NCBI GenBank assembly: GCA_031415015.1
Contig: JANOQT010000090.1
Location: forward strand, 30,688-94,687
Direction: 5' to 3'
DNA from: Paracoccaceae bacterium
GTDB taxonomy: Bacteria; Pseudomonadota; Alphaproteobacteria; Rhodobacterales; Rhodobacteraceae
DNA: 64,000 bases
Part shown: positions 56,580-64,000 of the stretch, in pieces
Layout of the letters: each line of letters opens with the position of its first letter
Numbering within the stretch: position 1 is the first letter of the stretch
The notes under the pieces: model-generated
The model's database searches: none
Seen by the model: the letters and a program-made list of their open reading frames with translations, nothing else
What the model was told of the DNA's origin: nothing
Program-made: the position numbers and the translations under genes

Positions 56580-57833
56580 TCACAAGGCAAAGGTGGCGAC
56601 CGCCGAGGCGAGGGCCGAGAAGGCAAGGACAGCCAGAAGCGGAACATGCCGCACCAGCAGCAGCCATCCAGAGGCAAGGCCAATGGCAAGTACAACGAAG
56701 TTCAGGCTGGTGATATCTGGCAGGATGAACCGCATCGGACCGAAGCTTTCGGTCGAAACCGTGCTGAACAGCACATGCAGCGCGAACCAGAGCGACAGGT
56801 TGGCAATGACACCCACCACTGCGGCGGTGATCGCGCCAAGTGCCCCGGACAGGCGGGGCATGGCGGTCAGGCGGGCGATGAATGGCGCGCCGGTGAAGAT
56901 GAACAGAAACGACGGGATGAACGTCATCCACAGGGTGATTGCCGCTGCGGCAAGGCCCAAATGCGGCCCTCCCTCGCGGTGGGCGGCGATGTATCCTACG
57001 AATTCCGTTACCAGAATCAGCGGGCCGGGCGTGGTTTCCGCCAGACCAAGCCCGTCGATCATCTGCGGCAACGTCAGCCAGCCCTTCACCTGCACCACGT
57101 CCTGCGCCATCCACGCCAGCACGGCATAGGCACCACCGAAGGTCAGCAGCGCAAGTTTGGCGAAGAACACTCCGATATCCACCAGAATCCCGGTGTCGAG
57201 AAAGATCAGGATGCCAAGTGGTGCCAGCCAGATTGCCGCCCAGAAGGTCGCGGTTTTCAACGCCTCGCGGATGGAAAAAGCCGGTGCCTCGGGCAGGTCC
57301 GCCGTGTTGCGCGTGGTCAGAAAGCCGTACAGTCCAGCGGCGGCGATGATCAACGGGAACGGCGCGTTGAACAAAAACAACCCGAGGAAGGCAAGAAGCG
57401 CAATGACATAAGCGCTGCGTGTTTTCAACGCGCGGCGCGAGACGCGGATCAGCGCCTCGATCACCACGGCCACAACGGCGGCCTGCACGCCGGTGAAAAG
57501 CGCCGCCACCAAGGGCAAGGTGCCATATGCGGCGTAGACCATCGACAGGATCAGGACGATCAGCGCCCCCGGCAGCACGAACAGCCCCCCGGCAATCAGG
57601 CCGCCCCGGACGCCGTGCATGCGCCAGCCGATCCATGTCGCAAGCTGCATCGCCTCGGGTCCCGGCAGCAGCATACAAAAGCTCAGCGCTCGCAGGTATT
57701 CGGGTTCGGTCACCCACTTCTTTTCGTCGATGAGGGTGCGGTGCATCAGGGCGATCTGCGCTGCGGGACCGCCGAAGGACAAACAACCGATGCGGGCAAA
57801 GGTTCGGGTCAGATCGGACAGCGTCGGCGTCAT
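56580..57833 (-). CDS. chrA: chromate transporter ChrA (two CHR domains)
   Basis: 417-aa multi-TM protein. 'IGCLSFGGPAAQIALM' and a second 'LTFGGAYAVLAWM' half. Confidence 0.9.
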   Translation of the reverse strand: MTPTLSDLTRTFARIGCLSFGGPAAQIALMHRTLIDEKKWVTEPEYLRALSFCMLLPGPEAMQLATWIGWRMHGVRGGLIAGGLFVLPGALIVLILSMVYAAYGTLPLVAALFTGVQAAVVAVVIEALIRVSRRALKTRSAYVIALLAFLGLFLFNAPFPLIIAAAGLYGFLTTRNTADLPEAPAFSIREALKTATFWAAIWLAPLGILIFLDTGILVDIGVFFAKLALLTFGGAYAVLAWMAQDVVQVKGWLTLPQMIDGLGLAETTPGPLILVTEFVGYIAAHREGGPHLGLAAAAITLWMTFIPSFLFIFTGAPFIARLTAMPRLSGALGAITAAVVGVIANLSLWFALHVLFSTVSTESFGPMRFILPDITSLNFVVLAIGLASGWLLLVRHVPLLAVLAFSALASAVATFAL

Positions 57834-58648
57834 ATGTTGCGCCCTGCCGGCCAGTCGTGGCCTTCATCATGGCCGTCGCGGGCCCAGCGATAGAGCGCGT
57901 CATAAAGTGCCATTCCGGCGTCAAGTTGTTGCAGATCGTCGCGAAACATTCGTGACAGGCCGACCGAAATTGCCAGCAGTCCGGCCGCTTGCGGGGCAAG
58001 ATCATGCCGGTCGGTATCAGCGGCGCGGACGACAAGGGCAAGGCGGTCGAGTGCCTCTGTGTGCAGCTGGAAGTCGTCAAGCAACGCGTCAAAGGTGCAG
58101 CCCTCGCCGCGGTGACTGAAAGACACGCCTTCGATATCGAAAGCGGTCGCAGCGAAGCGGTCGGCGACGTCGGGAACTTCGGCAGGGGCCACGAACAGGA
58201 AGCGCGCGCCGGGATCGACAAAGCGTCGGATCAGCCATGGGCAGGCGATACGGTCGATCTTTGGCCGGTGGCGGGTCACCCACAGGTTGCTCGACGGCAG
58301 GGCAGCGAGGGGGATCATCGGCAGGCCGGCCGCAATCCACGCCTCGGTTCCACCTTCAAGTGTTTCCGCCGCGATCCCCTGTGCGCGCAACAAGGCCGCC
58401 GCGCCTTCGGAAAGCTTGCGGCCACGCAGGCAGGTGACAATGACGCGCTGGCCTTGCAGATGCGCGGGGGCGGGGTCAAAACCGGTGTGGGGCAGGTGCG
58501 TGCTGCCGGGGATCAGTCGCGGATCGGCGGTGACATCCTCGGGGATGCGAACGTCAAGGATGACGGGCGCGTCGGGGGTGCCGATCAGGCGCATCAGTTG
58601 GGCTGGGGTGATCTGGGTCGGGCCGGGCATGGGGGCATCCTGTTGCAA
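57830..58648 (-). CDS. chrB: ChrB-domain chromate resistance protein with N-terminal rhodanese-like domain
   Basis: N-terminal 'ILDVR...VTCLRGRKLS' (rhodanese-like). C-terminal 'DRIACPWLIRRFVDP' (ChrB C-terminal domain). ATGA overlap with chrA. Confidence 0.8.
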   Translation of the reverse strand: MQQDAPMPGPTQITPAQLMRLIGTPDAPVILDVRIPEDVTADPRLIPGSTHLPHTGFDPAPAHLQGQRVIVTCLRGRKLSEGAAALLRAQGIAAETLEGGTEAWIAAGLPMIPLAALPSSNLWVTRHRPKIDRIACPWLIRRFVDPGARFLFVAPAEVPDVADRFAATAFDIEGVSFSHRGEGCTFDALLDDFQLHTEALDRLALVVRAADTDRHDLAPQAAGLLAISVGLSRMFRDDLQQLDAGMALYDALYRWARDGHDEGHDWPAGRNI

Positions 58649-58752
58649 GGTTACAAGGGATGCGAGCCTTGGGCTGACGCCTCACGGGGCGTTCGCAGGC
58701 CCCAGGCAAGGATGGTTAGGGGCTGGCGCGGGGCAGGTCAAGGCTTTGGCGA

Positions 58753-59292
58753 TCAGGAACCAGAGGCCACATCGCATTTTTTGTACTTCGTGACTTTGAA
58801 GGAGGTTTCGCCTTCTACATATGCCTCCTGACGATTGAAGCGGCCAAGGGTCGATATAACCGGTGCAAAGGGCGGATCGCCGACGAAACCGCCTTCGTTG
58901 GTGATCTTTGACCCGTTCTGCGTGTTGGTACCCTGATACTGCGACTTCGCCCCGTCGCTGTTGCGATAGGTGTAGATGCAGCGTCCCGGAACATTCACAC
59001 ACGATGCAGGCTTGAAGGTTTCCCAATTGCCATCCGCCCACTCCTTGCGCAGCATCAATCCGTCCGCGGAGTAGATCGTGCTGCGGATCAACTTCTTGCC
59101 GGACGGTCCCTGATAGGTCTTCATCACATGCTTGGAGCCGGACCTGCCGACATAGATATCGACGACTTTCTCACCCGTGGAGTACTGGCCGTGGATTTCG
59201 CAGCCCACGGGCATCTGGTCAAAACGGATGCCTGCGGGTTCGGCAGCGGCGGGAAAGCCAACGATCAAAAGGCAAATGAAGAGATGTTTCAA
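58753..59292 (-). CDS. exported protein of unknown function, lower GC than surroundings
   Basis: Probable TTG start at 59292, preceded by GGAGAA. Signal-like 'LKHLFICLLIVGFPAAAEP'. My hand count of 58753-58852 gives 50 G+C in 100 nt. Confidence 0.55.
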   Translation of the reverse strand: MKHLFICLLIVGFPAAAEPAGIRFDQMPVGCEIHGQYSTGEKVVDIYVGRSGSKHVMKTYQGPSGKKLIRSTIYSADGLMLRKEWADGNWETFKPASCVNVPGRCIYTYRNSDGAKSQYQGTNTQNGSKITNEGGFVGDPPFAPVISTLGRFNRQEAYVEGETSFKVTKYKKCDVASGS

Positions 59293-59374
59293 AGTCTTCT
59301 CCGGACAAAACTGTCCGGGTGACTTTCCGCGAACGGCACCACGGAGGGCAAGGCAAATCTGCGTCACGAGTGGG

Positions 59375-59693
59375 AAAGGTGCAGGTTTCTGTTGCCAGGT
59401 ACCTGCGAACCCCGCCCTACGCGGCTAAGCGCAGGGGCTTAAGTTTCGACAGATCGAACTGCTTACGCAGCCAGAGCCATCGGAGCACGGTTGTCATTGG
59501 CAACTGTACTTTTGGACCGATAACGGTGGTACCTCACCGAGCAAAAGCTGGCCTCTTTGGTCGTTCGTCGATCCTATTTCGACCCCGTGTCCCCGCAATG
59601 ACGGGGAGTTTGGTGGAGTCGCCGGGTACCGCCCCCGGGTCCGAGCCGATTATTACAGGTGCGTTTATCGCCATAGTCGGAGTTACCCCCGAC
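59375..59693 (-). ncRNA. ssrA: two-piece (circularly permuted) tmRNA gene
   Basis: On the minus strand, the acceptor piece ends ...CCGGG-GGCGGTA-CCCGG-CGACTCC-A-CCA at 59611. A 24-nt intervening hairpin follows (59610-59587). The coding piece starts with GGGGTCG (59586), which is complementary to CGACUCC with a G:U at pair 3. The tag ORF at 59501->59463 is GCC AAT GAC AAC CGT GCT CCG ATG GCT CTG GCT GCG TAA, giving ANDNRAPMALAA. The outer ends are approximate. Confidence 0.85.
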
Positions 59694-59700
59694 AGAAGTA

Positions 59701-59728
59701 ATATAGGGGCCCGGGGCGGGCGGCGCAA
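59701..59728 (-). promoter_or_regulatory. putative sigma-70-type promoter of ssrA (TTGCGC-N16-CTATAT)
   Basis: Read on the minus strand. The -10 box ends about 7 nt before the inferred 5' end of the acceptor piece. Confidence 0.4.
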
Positions 59729-59736
59729 GGAGGGGG

Positions 59737-59752
59737 TGTCCACGCGTGGACA
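59737..59752. promoter_or_regulatory. perfect 16-bp palindrome TGTCCACGCGTGGACA next to the ssrA promoter
   Basis: Read directly. 8 nt upstream of the putative -35 box. Identical to 45052..45067. Confidence 0.5.
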
Positions 59753-59797
59753 TGAGGGTGAGGTAAGGGAAAACAAGGGGTTAGGGTGGGCGGATTA

Positions 59798-59819
59798 GGG
59801 AAGTGTTAACACTTTTCCC
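59798..59819 (-). terminator. hairpin after the methyltransferase gene (possible terminator, no U-tract)
   Basis: Minus strand GGGAAAAGTG-TTAA-CACTTCCC, beginning 6 nt after the stop at 59826. Confidence 0.3.
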
Positions 59820-59825
59820 CTCCGG

Positions 59826-60335
59826 TCACCCTGCTGTCGCGTGTCGCCGGGCGCTCATCAGTCCCAAGTTCTCTGCCTTTACACGGATAAAGAGTACCGC
59901 CGCATTCAGCACAGTGAATACCAGTGCGACGACCGGAAGACCAAGACACAGTGGCAACACCGCGATTTCGCCGATCACCACCAGATAGTTGGGATGGGTT
60001 ACAAAGCGGAAGGGACCGCGCGCCACCAGCGTCTCGCCGGGCACCACGATGATCCGTGTCGTCCACCGGCGACCAAGTGTGGTCAGTACCCAGACCCTGC
60101 AGACCTGCAGGACCAAGAACACGCCAAGCCACGGCACGATGACGGGCTGATCCCAACCATAGACCCACAGCGCTGCCAGCCACCCCGCGTGCAGCGCGAC
60201 GATGGCCGGATAGTGCCCGGGCGACACCTCGACCGCGCCGCGTGTCAGAAGCGCAGCGGTGTTGCGGCGGGCCACAAACAGCTCGGCGATCCGGCCCAGC
60301 GTGACCAGCGACAGCAGCAAGACGGCGGGCGTCAT
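59826..60335 (-). CDS. isoprenylcysteine carboxyl methyltransferase (ICMT)-family membrane methyltransferase
   Basis: 'RFVTHPNYLVVIGEIAVLPL'. Multi-TM. The ATG at 60335 overlaps the PKS stop (ATGA). Confidence 0.8.
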   Translation of the reverse strand: MTPAVLLLSLVTLGRIAELFVARRNTAALLTRGAVEVSPGHYPAIVALHAGWLAALWVYGWDQPVIVPWLGVFLVLQVCRVWVLTTLGRRWTTRIIVVPGETLVARGPFRFVTHPNYLVVIGEIAVLPLCLGLPVVALVFTVLNAAVLFIRVKAENLGLMSARRHATAG

Positions 60336-61384
60336 GCCGCGGCCCGCAACGACACGCAACTCGCGGTAAAGCCCGGCCCCATCGCTGTCAGTAGCGTGCG
60401 ATCCGGCAAGCCGGCACCAATCAACCGGTCCAGCACAAAAAGCGCAGTCGGAGCTGACATATTGCCATAGTTCGTCAGCACGTCGCGTTCGTGGTCGAGC
60501 GAGCCCTGATCCAGCGACAGGGCCCGTTCCAGCGCAGTGATGACCTTCGCTCCTCCGGGGTGGCAGGCGAAACGGTCGACGTCCGAAAGCGCAAGGCCGG
60601 ATGGCGCGAGGATGCCGGAGACCGCGGCGGCCATGTTGGCTTCGGCGAAGGGCGGGATGGCGCGATCAAAGATCACGCCGAGACCGGTGTCATCGACGCT
60701 CCATCCCATGACATCGAGCGTGGTAGGCCAGGTATGCTGGCCAGACATTTCCACCGAGGCCAAGCCCTCGACGCCGGATTTCAGGACACATGCAGCTGCT
60801 CCGTCGCCAAAAAGCGCTGACGCAACGATGTTTTCCTTGGTCAGCTTGTCCAGCCGGAATGCCACCGAACACAGTTCCACCGCCACGATCAGAACGCAGC
60901 TTCCGGGCCGGGATTGCGCTAGCCGCGCGCCGAGCGATAGCCCGGTCACCCCGCCTGCGCAGCCAAGGCCAAAGACCGGAACCCGTTCGATATCACTGCG
61001 AAATCCGATCTTGTCGGCAACTTGCGCGTCAAGGCTGGGGGTGGCCAGACCGGTAGAAGATATGGTGACGACTGTATCCACTTGCCGCGCCGTCAGGCCA
61101 GCCGCTTCAAGCGCGTTGGTTGCGGCCTCCACGAAAAGATCACGCGCGCCCTCAAGGTAGGCGGCATTGCGTTCAGCCCAACCCAGCGGCGTCATGTACC
61201 ATTCCAGCGGGCGCACCAGATACCGGGCCTTGATACCCGACGTCTCGAAGACCTTCACCAGGCGTTCGAAATCGTCATAGCGTGCGCTGAACCCCTGATG
61301 AGCGGCAGTCGCGGCGTCGCGCTGGTCGATCCGGTGCGCGGGGACAGCCGTCGCTACCGACAATAGTTTAACTGATTCAGACAT
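60332..61384 (-). CDS. type III polyketide synthase (chalcone/stilbene synthase family)
   Basis: Cys-His-Asn triad contexts 'VFGLGCAGGV', 'FACHPGGAKV' and 'YGNMSAPT'. ATG at 61384 (MSESVKLLSVATAVP). Confidence 0.9.
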   Translation of the reverse strand: MSESVKLLSVATAVPAHRIDQRDAATAAHQGFSARYDDFERLVKVFETSGIKARYLVRPLEWYMTPLGWAERNAAYLEGARDLFVEAATNALEAAGLTARQVDTVVTISSTGLATPSLDAQVADKIGFRSDIERVPVFGLGCAGGVTGLSLGARLAQSRPGSCVLIVAVELCSVAFRLDKLTKENIVASALFGDGAAACVLKSGVEGLASVEMSGQHTWPTTLDVMGWSVDDTGLGVIFDRAIPPFAEANMAAAVSGILAPSGLALSDVDRFACHPGGAKVITALERALSLDQGSLDHERDVLTNYGNMSAPTALFVLDRLIGAGLPDRTLLTAMGPGFTASCVSLRAAA

Positions 61385-61546
61385 TTGTCTTCCCACGCCG
61401 TCAGATTCCGGGCAGTTCGAGTTCAACCCTTGACGGACACTCAGGGATGCAAAGCCCAACACCCTCTGGACGTTATGGTTCCCCGCAGCTTGATCACGAA
61501 GCGGCGTTCGGCCTGCCTGCCACCCCTCTGCCGGGGCGCAAGGCAA

Positions 61547-61576
61547 GACGCCCGGAGGGTTTTCCCTCAGGGCGTC
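61547..61576 (-). terminator. long hairpin downstream of the solute-binding protein gene
   Basis: Minus strand GACGCCC-T-GAGGG-AAAA-CCCTC-C-GGGCGTC. Only a short T-run follows. Confidence 0.35.
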
Positions 61577-61616
61577 CTTGTCGTGCAAGAAGTCCCTGAT
61601 CAGAAGTCCGACTTGA

Positions 61617-62669
61617 TCAGAACCCGGACTTGATCAGCTCGAATTCCTCCAGCATGCGGTCGCGCATTTCGGTCGGAAGTGGCGTCTGGAACAGCAGGGT
61701 GGTGTCAACGGGATTGACGTCGGCGGCCACCAGATCAGCCTCGGGGATTTCTTTCATGGCGGCCATGTTAGAGTGGGCATAGCCGAAGTCCGCCAGCACC
61801 ACCTTGGCCGCATCGTGGCGCAGCCAGGAGTTGATGAAGTCGTAGGTCTTGTCTTCCGACCCCGGCGCGTCCTTGAAGTTCACGAAACCGCAGAACCACG
61901 CAGCCGCGCCCTCGGCAGATTGCCGCTGGAACGCGATGGGCAGGCCTTCGCCACGCATGATGGTGACGGCGTCATTCCACGACCAGGCAAGTTGAACCTC
62001 GCCGGTCGCCATCAGCTGCGACAGTTCCGACGGGTCGGCCCAGTAGGCGCGGACGTTGGGGTGCACTTCGCGCAGCCAGGCGGCGGCGGCGGCGAACTGG
62101 TCCTCGGTCAGGTCGTTCCAATTGCTGACCCCGGTGGCCAGCAAGGCCAGCGACCAGACGTCATCGGTATTGTCGGGCAGCGAGATGCGGCCGGCGTATT
62201 TCGGGTCTTTGAAGATGTTGAGCGAGGCCACGTCTGCGGCGGGGACGGTATCGGTATTGTAGGCGATGGCGGTGTAGGCGCCGTCGGTCGGGATGAACCA
62301 GACGCCGGTGTCATCCTTGAAGACGGGCGATTCCAGCATCGAAGGGGTGATGTTGGCGAATTCGGGGATTTTCGCGGTGTCCCACGGCTCGATCAGGTCA
62401 GCCTCGCGGTATTTGACGACCATCTGCGAGCAGGGGTGGCCGACGTCGGCCTTGAAGCCGGACGAGACCTTCTGGAACGCCTCGTCATCATCCCCGAAGA
62501 AAGAATAGGTCGGCGCATCGCCGTGTTTGGTGAGATAATCGGCAAAAAGGCCCGGATTTTCCCAGCCTGCCCAGTCAAAAACGGTCAGCTCGGGATCGGC
62601 GGCCCGGGCGGTGGTGGCGAGGGCAAGCAAAGTTGCTGTGCCGGTCAGGAGGGTGCGCATTCTGGACAT
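61617..62669 (-). CDS. ABC transporter periplasmic substrate-binding protein (PotD/polyamine-type family)
   Basis: Signal peptide (TGTATLLALATTARA). 'LTVFDWAGWE', 'YDFINSWL'. 350 aa. Confidence 0.8.
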   Translation of the reverse strand: MSRMRTLLTGTATLLALATTARAADPELTVFDWAGWENPGLFADYLTKHGDAPTYSFFGDDDEAFQKVSSGFKADVGHPCSQMVVKYREADLIEPWDTAKIPEFANITPSMLESPVFKDDTGVWFIPTDGAYTAIAYNTDTVPAADVASLNIFKDPKYAGRISLPDNTDDVWSLALLATGVSNWNDLTEDQFAAAAAWLREVHPNVRAYWADPSELSQLMATGEVQLAWSWNDAVTIMRGEGLPIAFQRQSAEGAAAWFCGFVNFKDAPGSEDKTYDFINSWLRHDAAKVVLADFGYAHSNMAAMKEIPEADLVAADVNPVDTTLLFQTPLPTEMRDRMLEEFELIKSGF

Positions 62670-62956
62670 GGGTGCTCCTCAAAAGGTTCAGGGCGGGCTT
62701 CCCCAAGCCAGCCCGGTGATCGCTGTGACGCGCGGTTGCAGATGGCCCGCTGTGGCAGGCTGTGTAAAGAAATTGTGTCGACGTTGGTGAAACGACAAGG
62801 GGGAAAGTGCCGTTTTATGCGGCGATGGCGGTACAAAAGCCTGTGAGGAAGACGCTTTGCCAGAATTTGGCCCGGAAATGCGGCATCGCGGTCCTGTGGG
62901 GGGCGGGTTGACGGTGGCCGGGCGGGCGGTCATTCCTGCAAGAAAGGAGATTTCCA

Positions 62957-64000
62957 ATGCCGCTGGACCTGGACTTTGTGAGGGCGCAGTTTCCGGCCTT
63001 CGCCTCGCCGGTGCTGTCGACCTATGCGTTCTTTGAGAATGCGGGGGGAAGCTATCCGTGCCGTCAGGTAGTGGACCGGCTGACCCGGTTCTACACGGAC
63101 CGCAAGGTGCAGCCTTACGGGCCCTATCCGGGGGCGCAGGCGGGCGGGGCCGAGATGGACGAGGCGCGGTCGCGGCTGGCGGCGATGATGGGCGTGGCGG
63201 GACAGGAGGTGTCGTTCGGGCCATCGACCAGCGCCAACACCTATGTGCTGGCGCAGGCGGTGCGGGCGTGGTTGCGGGGAACGGGTGGGGCGGTGGTGGT
63301 GACCAACCAGGACCACGAGGCAAACTCGGGCGTGTGGCGACGGCTGGCGGAGGACGGGATCGAGGTGCGGGAATGGCAGGTCGATCCTGAGACGGGGTCG
63401 CTGGACCCGGCGGGGCTGGCGGGGTTGCTGTCGGATGGGCGGGTAGGGCTGGTGTGCTTTCCGCATTGTTCCAACGTGATTGCGGAGATCAATGATGTGG
63501 CGGCGATTTGCGCGCTGGCGCGGGCGGCGGGGGCGCGGACGGTGGTGGACGGGGTTTCCTATGCTCCGCACGGATTTCCGGATGTGCCGGGGTTGGGCTG
63601 CGATGTGTATCTGTTCTCGGCCTACAAGACCTATGGGCCGCATCAGGGGATCATGGTGCTGCGCGAAGGCTTCGGGATGGAATTGCCGGGGCAGGGGCAT
63701 TATTTCAACCATGCGACGCTGTACAAGCGGCACACGCCGGCGGGGCCGGATCATGCGCAGATCGCGGCCTGTGCGGGGATGGCGGATTATATCGATGCGC
63801 TGGCGGCGCATCACGGGGTTGGCGGTGATGCGCAGGCGCGCAACCGGGGGGTGCATGACCTGATGCGCGCGCAGGAAGTGGCGGTGATCCAGCCGCTGCT
63901 GGACTATCTGGCGGGGCGCAATGATGTGCGGCTGATCGGGCCGCGCGACGCCGCCCGTCGCGCGCCGACGGTGGCGGTGGAACTGGCGGGGGCGGCGGAA
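62957..64000 (+). CDS. aminotransferase class V-fold PLP-dependent enzyme (partial, runs off window end)
   Basis: Open frame from the ATG at 62957 (AAAGGAGA Shine-Dalgarno) to the window end. 'FFENAGGSYPC', 'VVVTNQDHEANSG', 'FPHCSNV' and 'FSAYKTYGPHQG' (PLP-Lys context). Absent from the ORF track because no stop falls in the window. Confidence 0.8.
   Translation, partial: MPLDLDFVRAQFPAFASPVLSTYAFFENAGGSYPCRQVVDRLTRFYTDRKVQPYGPYPGAQAGGAEMDEARSRLAAMMGVAGQEVSFGPSTSANTYVLAQAVRAWLRGTGGAVVVTNQDHEANSGVWRRLAEDGIEVREWQVDPETGSLDPAGLAGLLSDGRVGLVCFPHCSNVIAEINDVAAICALARAAGARTVVDGVSYAPHGFPDVPGLGCDVYLFSAYKTYGPHQGIMVLREGFGMELPGQGHYFNHATLYKRHTPAGPDHAQIAACAGMADYIDALAAHHGVGGDAQARNRGVHDLMRAQEVAVIQPLLDYLAGRNDVRLIGPRDAARRAPTVAVELAGAAE

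Noticed and set aside
56569-58221. 550-aa minus-strand ORF and the 415-aa plus-strand ORF (56646..57893) overlapping chrA/chrB
   Set aside because: These are alternative-frame or antisense ORFs crossing the chrB-chrA junction. The chrA and chrB frames have clear family motifs and an ATGA coupling.
62930-63856. 308-aa minus-strand ORF listed in the track
   Set aside because: Arg/Pro/His-rich nonsense. The plus strand carries an SD-preceded, open-ended class-V aminotransferase frame, which is absent from the track only because it has no stop in the window.
1-64000. CRISPR arrays, IS elements/transposases, integrases, prophage genes, rRNA and tRNA genes
   Set aside because: I found no spaced direct-repeat arrays, no transposase- or integrase-like ORFs and no cloverleaf-compatible T-arm or acceptor sequences. 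The only tRNA-like end is the tmRNA one at 59611.

Overview
High-GC (about two-thirds G+C by eye, not computed), densely coding chromosomal segment that looks alphaproteobacterial and probably Rhodobacterales-like. The taxonomic clues are a two-piece permuted tmRNA with tag ANDNRAPMALAA, DUF2927/DUF2484-type small proteins and tctCBA/tctDE. Main blocks, left to right: (1) An adenine-salvage operon, mtnP to apt, with two exported paralogues embedded in it. (2) A large repeat-containing membrane protein. (3) A decayed SIS/HxlB-like pseudogene followed by about 660 bp of non-coding DNA. (4) An ArsR plus SRPBCC operon. (5) The distal half of the dcw cluster (ftsW-murG-murC, four tiny membrane ORFs, murB-ddl-ftsQ-ftsA-ftsZ), then lpxC-bamD-recN. 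(6) purQ, a DctB/DctD-like two-component pair whose activator lacks GAFTGA, and rne. (7) A TusA-like gene, ccdA, and a translationally coupled membrane hydrolase-like protein plus cytochrome P450. (8) tctCBA and tctDE, separated by an exported unknown protein and an orphan solute-binding protein. (9) purS-purC, a zeta-type (DUF1476) ATPase inhibitor, and a split methionine-synthase-like B12 module. (10) fumC with two coupled tiny ORFs, sspB, and chrBA. (11) A lower-GC exported ORF, ssrA, and a type III PKS plus ICMT-family methyltransferase pair. (12) A PotD-like solute-binding protein and a partial class-V aminotransferase. I found no rRNA, tRNA, CRISPR array, transposase or integrase. Nothing here resembles a recognisable defence or mobile system. 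The least explained items are the repeat-containing membrane protein, the hydrolase-P450 pair, an identical 16-bp palindrome next to two promoters, the small-membrane-protein block inside dcw, and the exported paralogues inside the adenine-salvage operon. All homology statements come from my own recognition of motifs, not from database searches.
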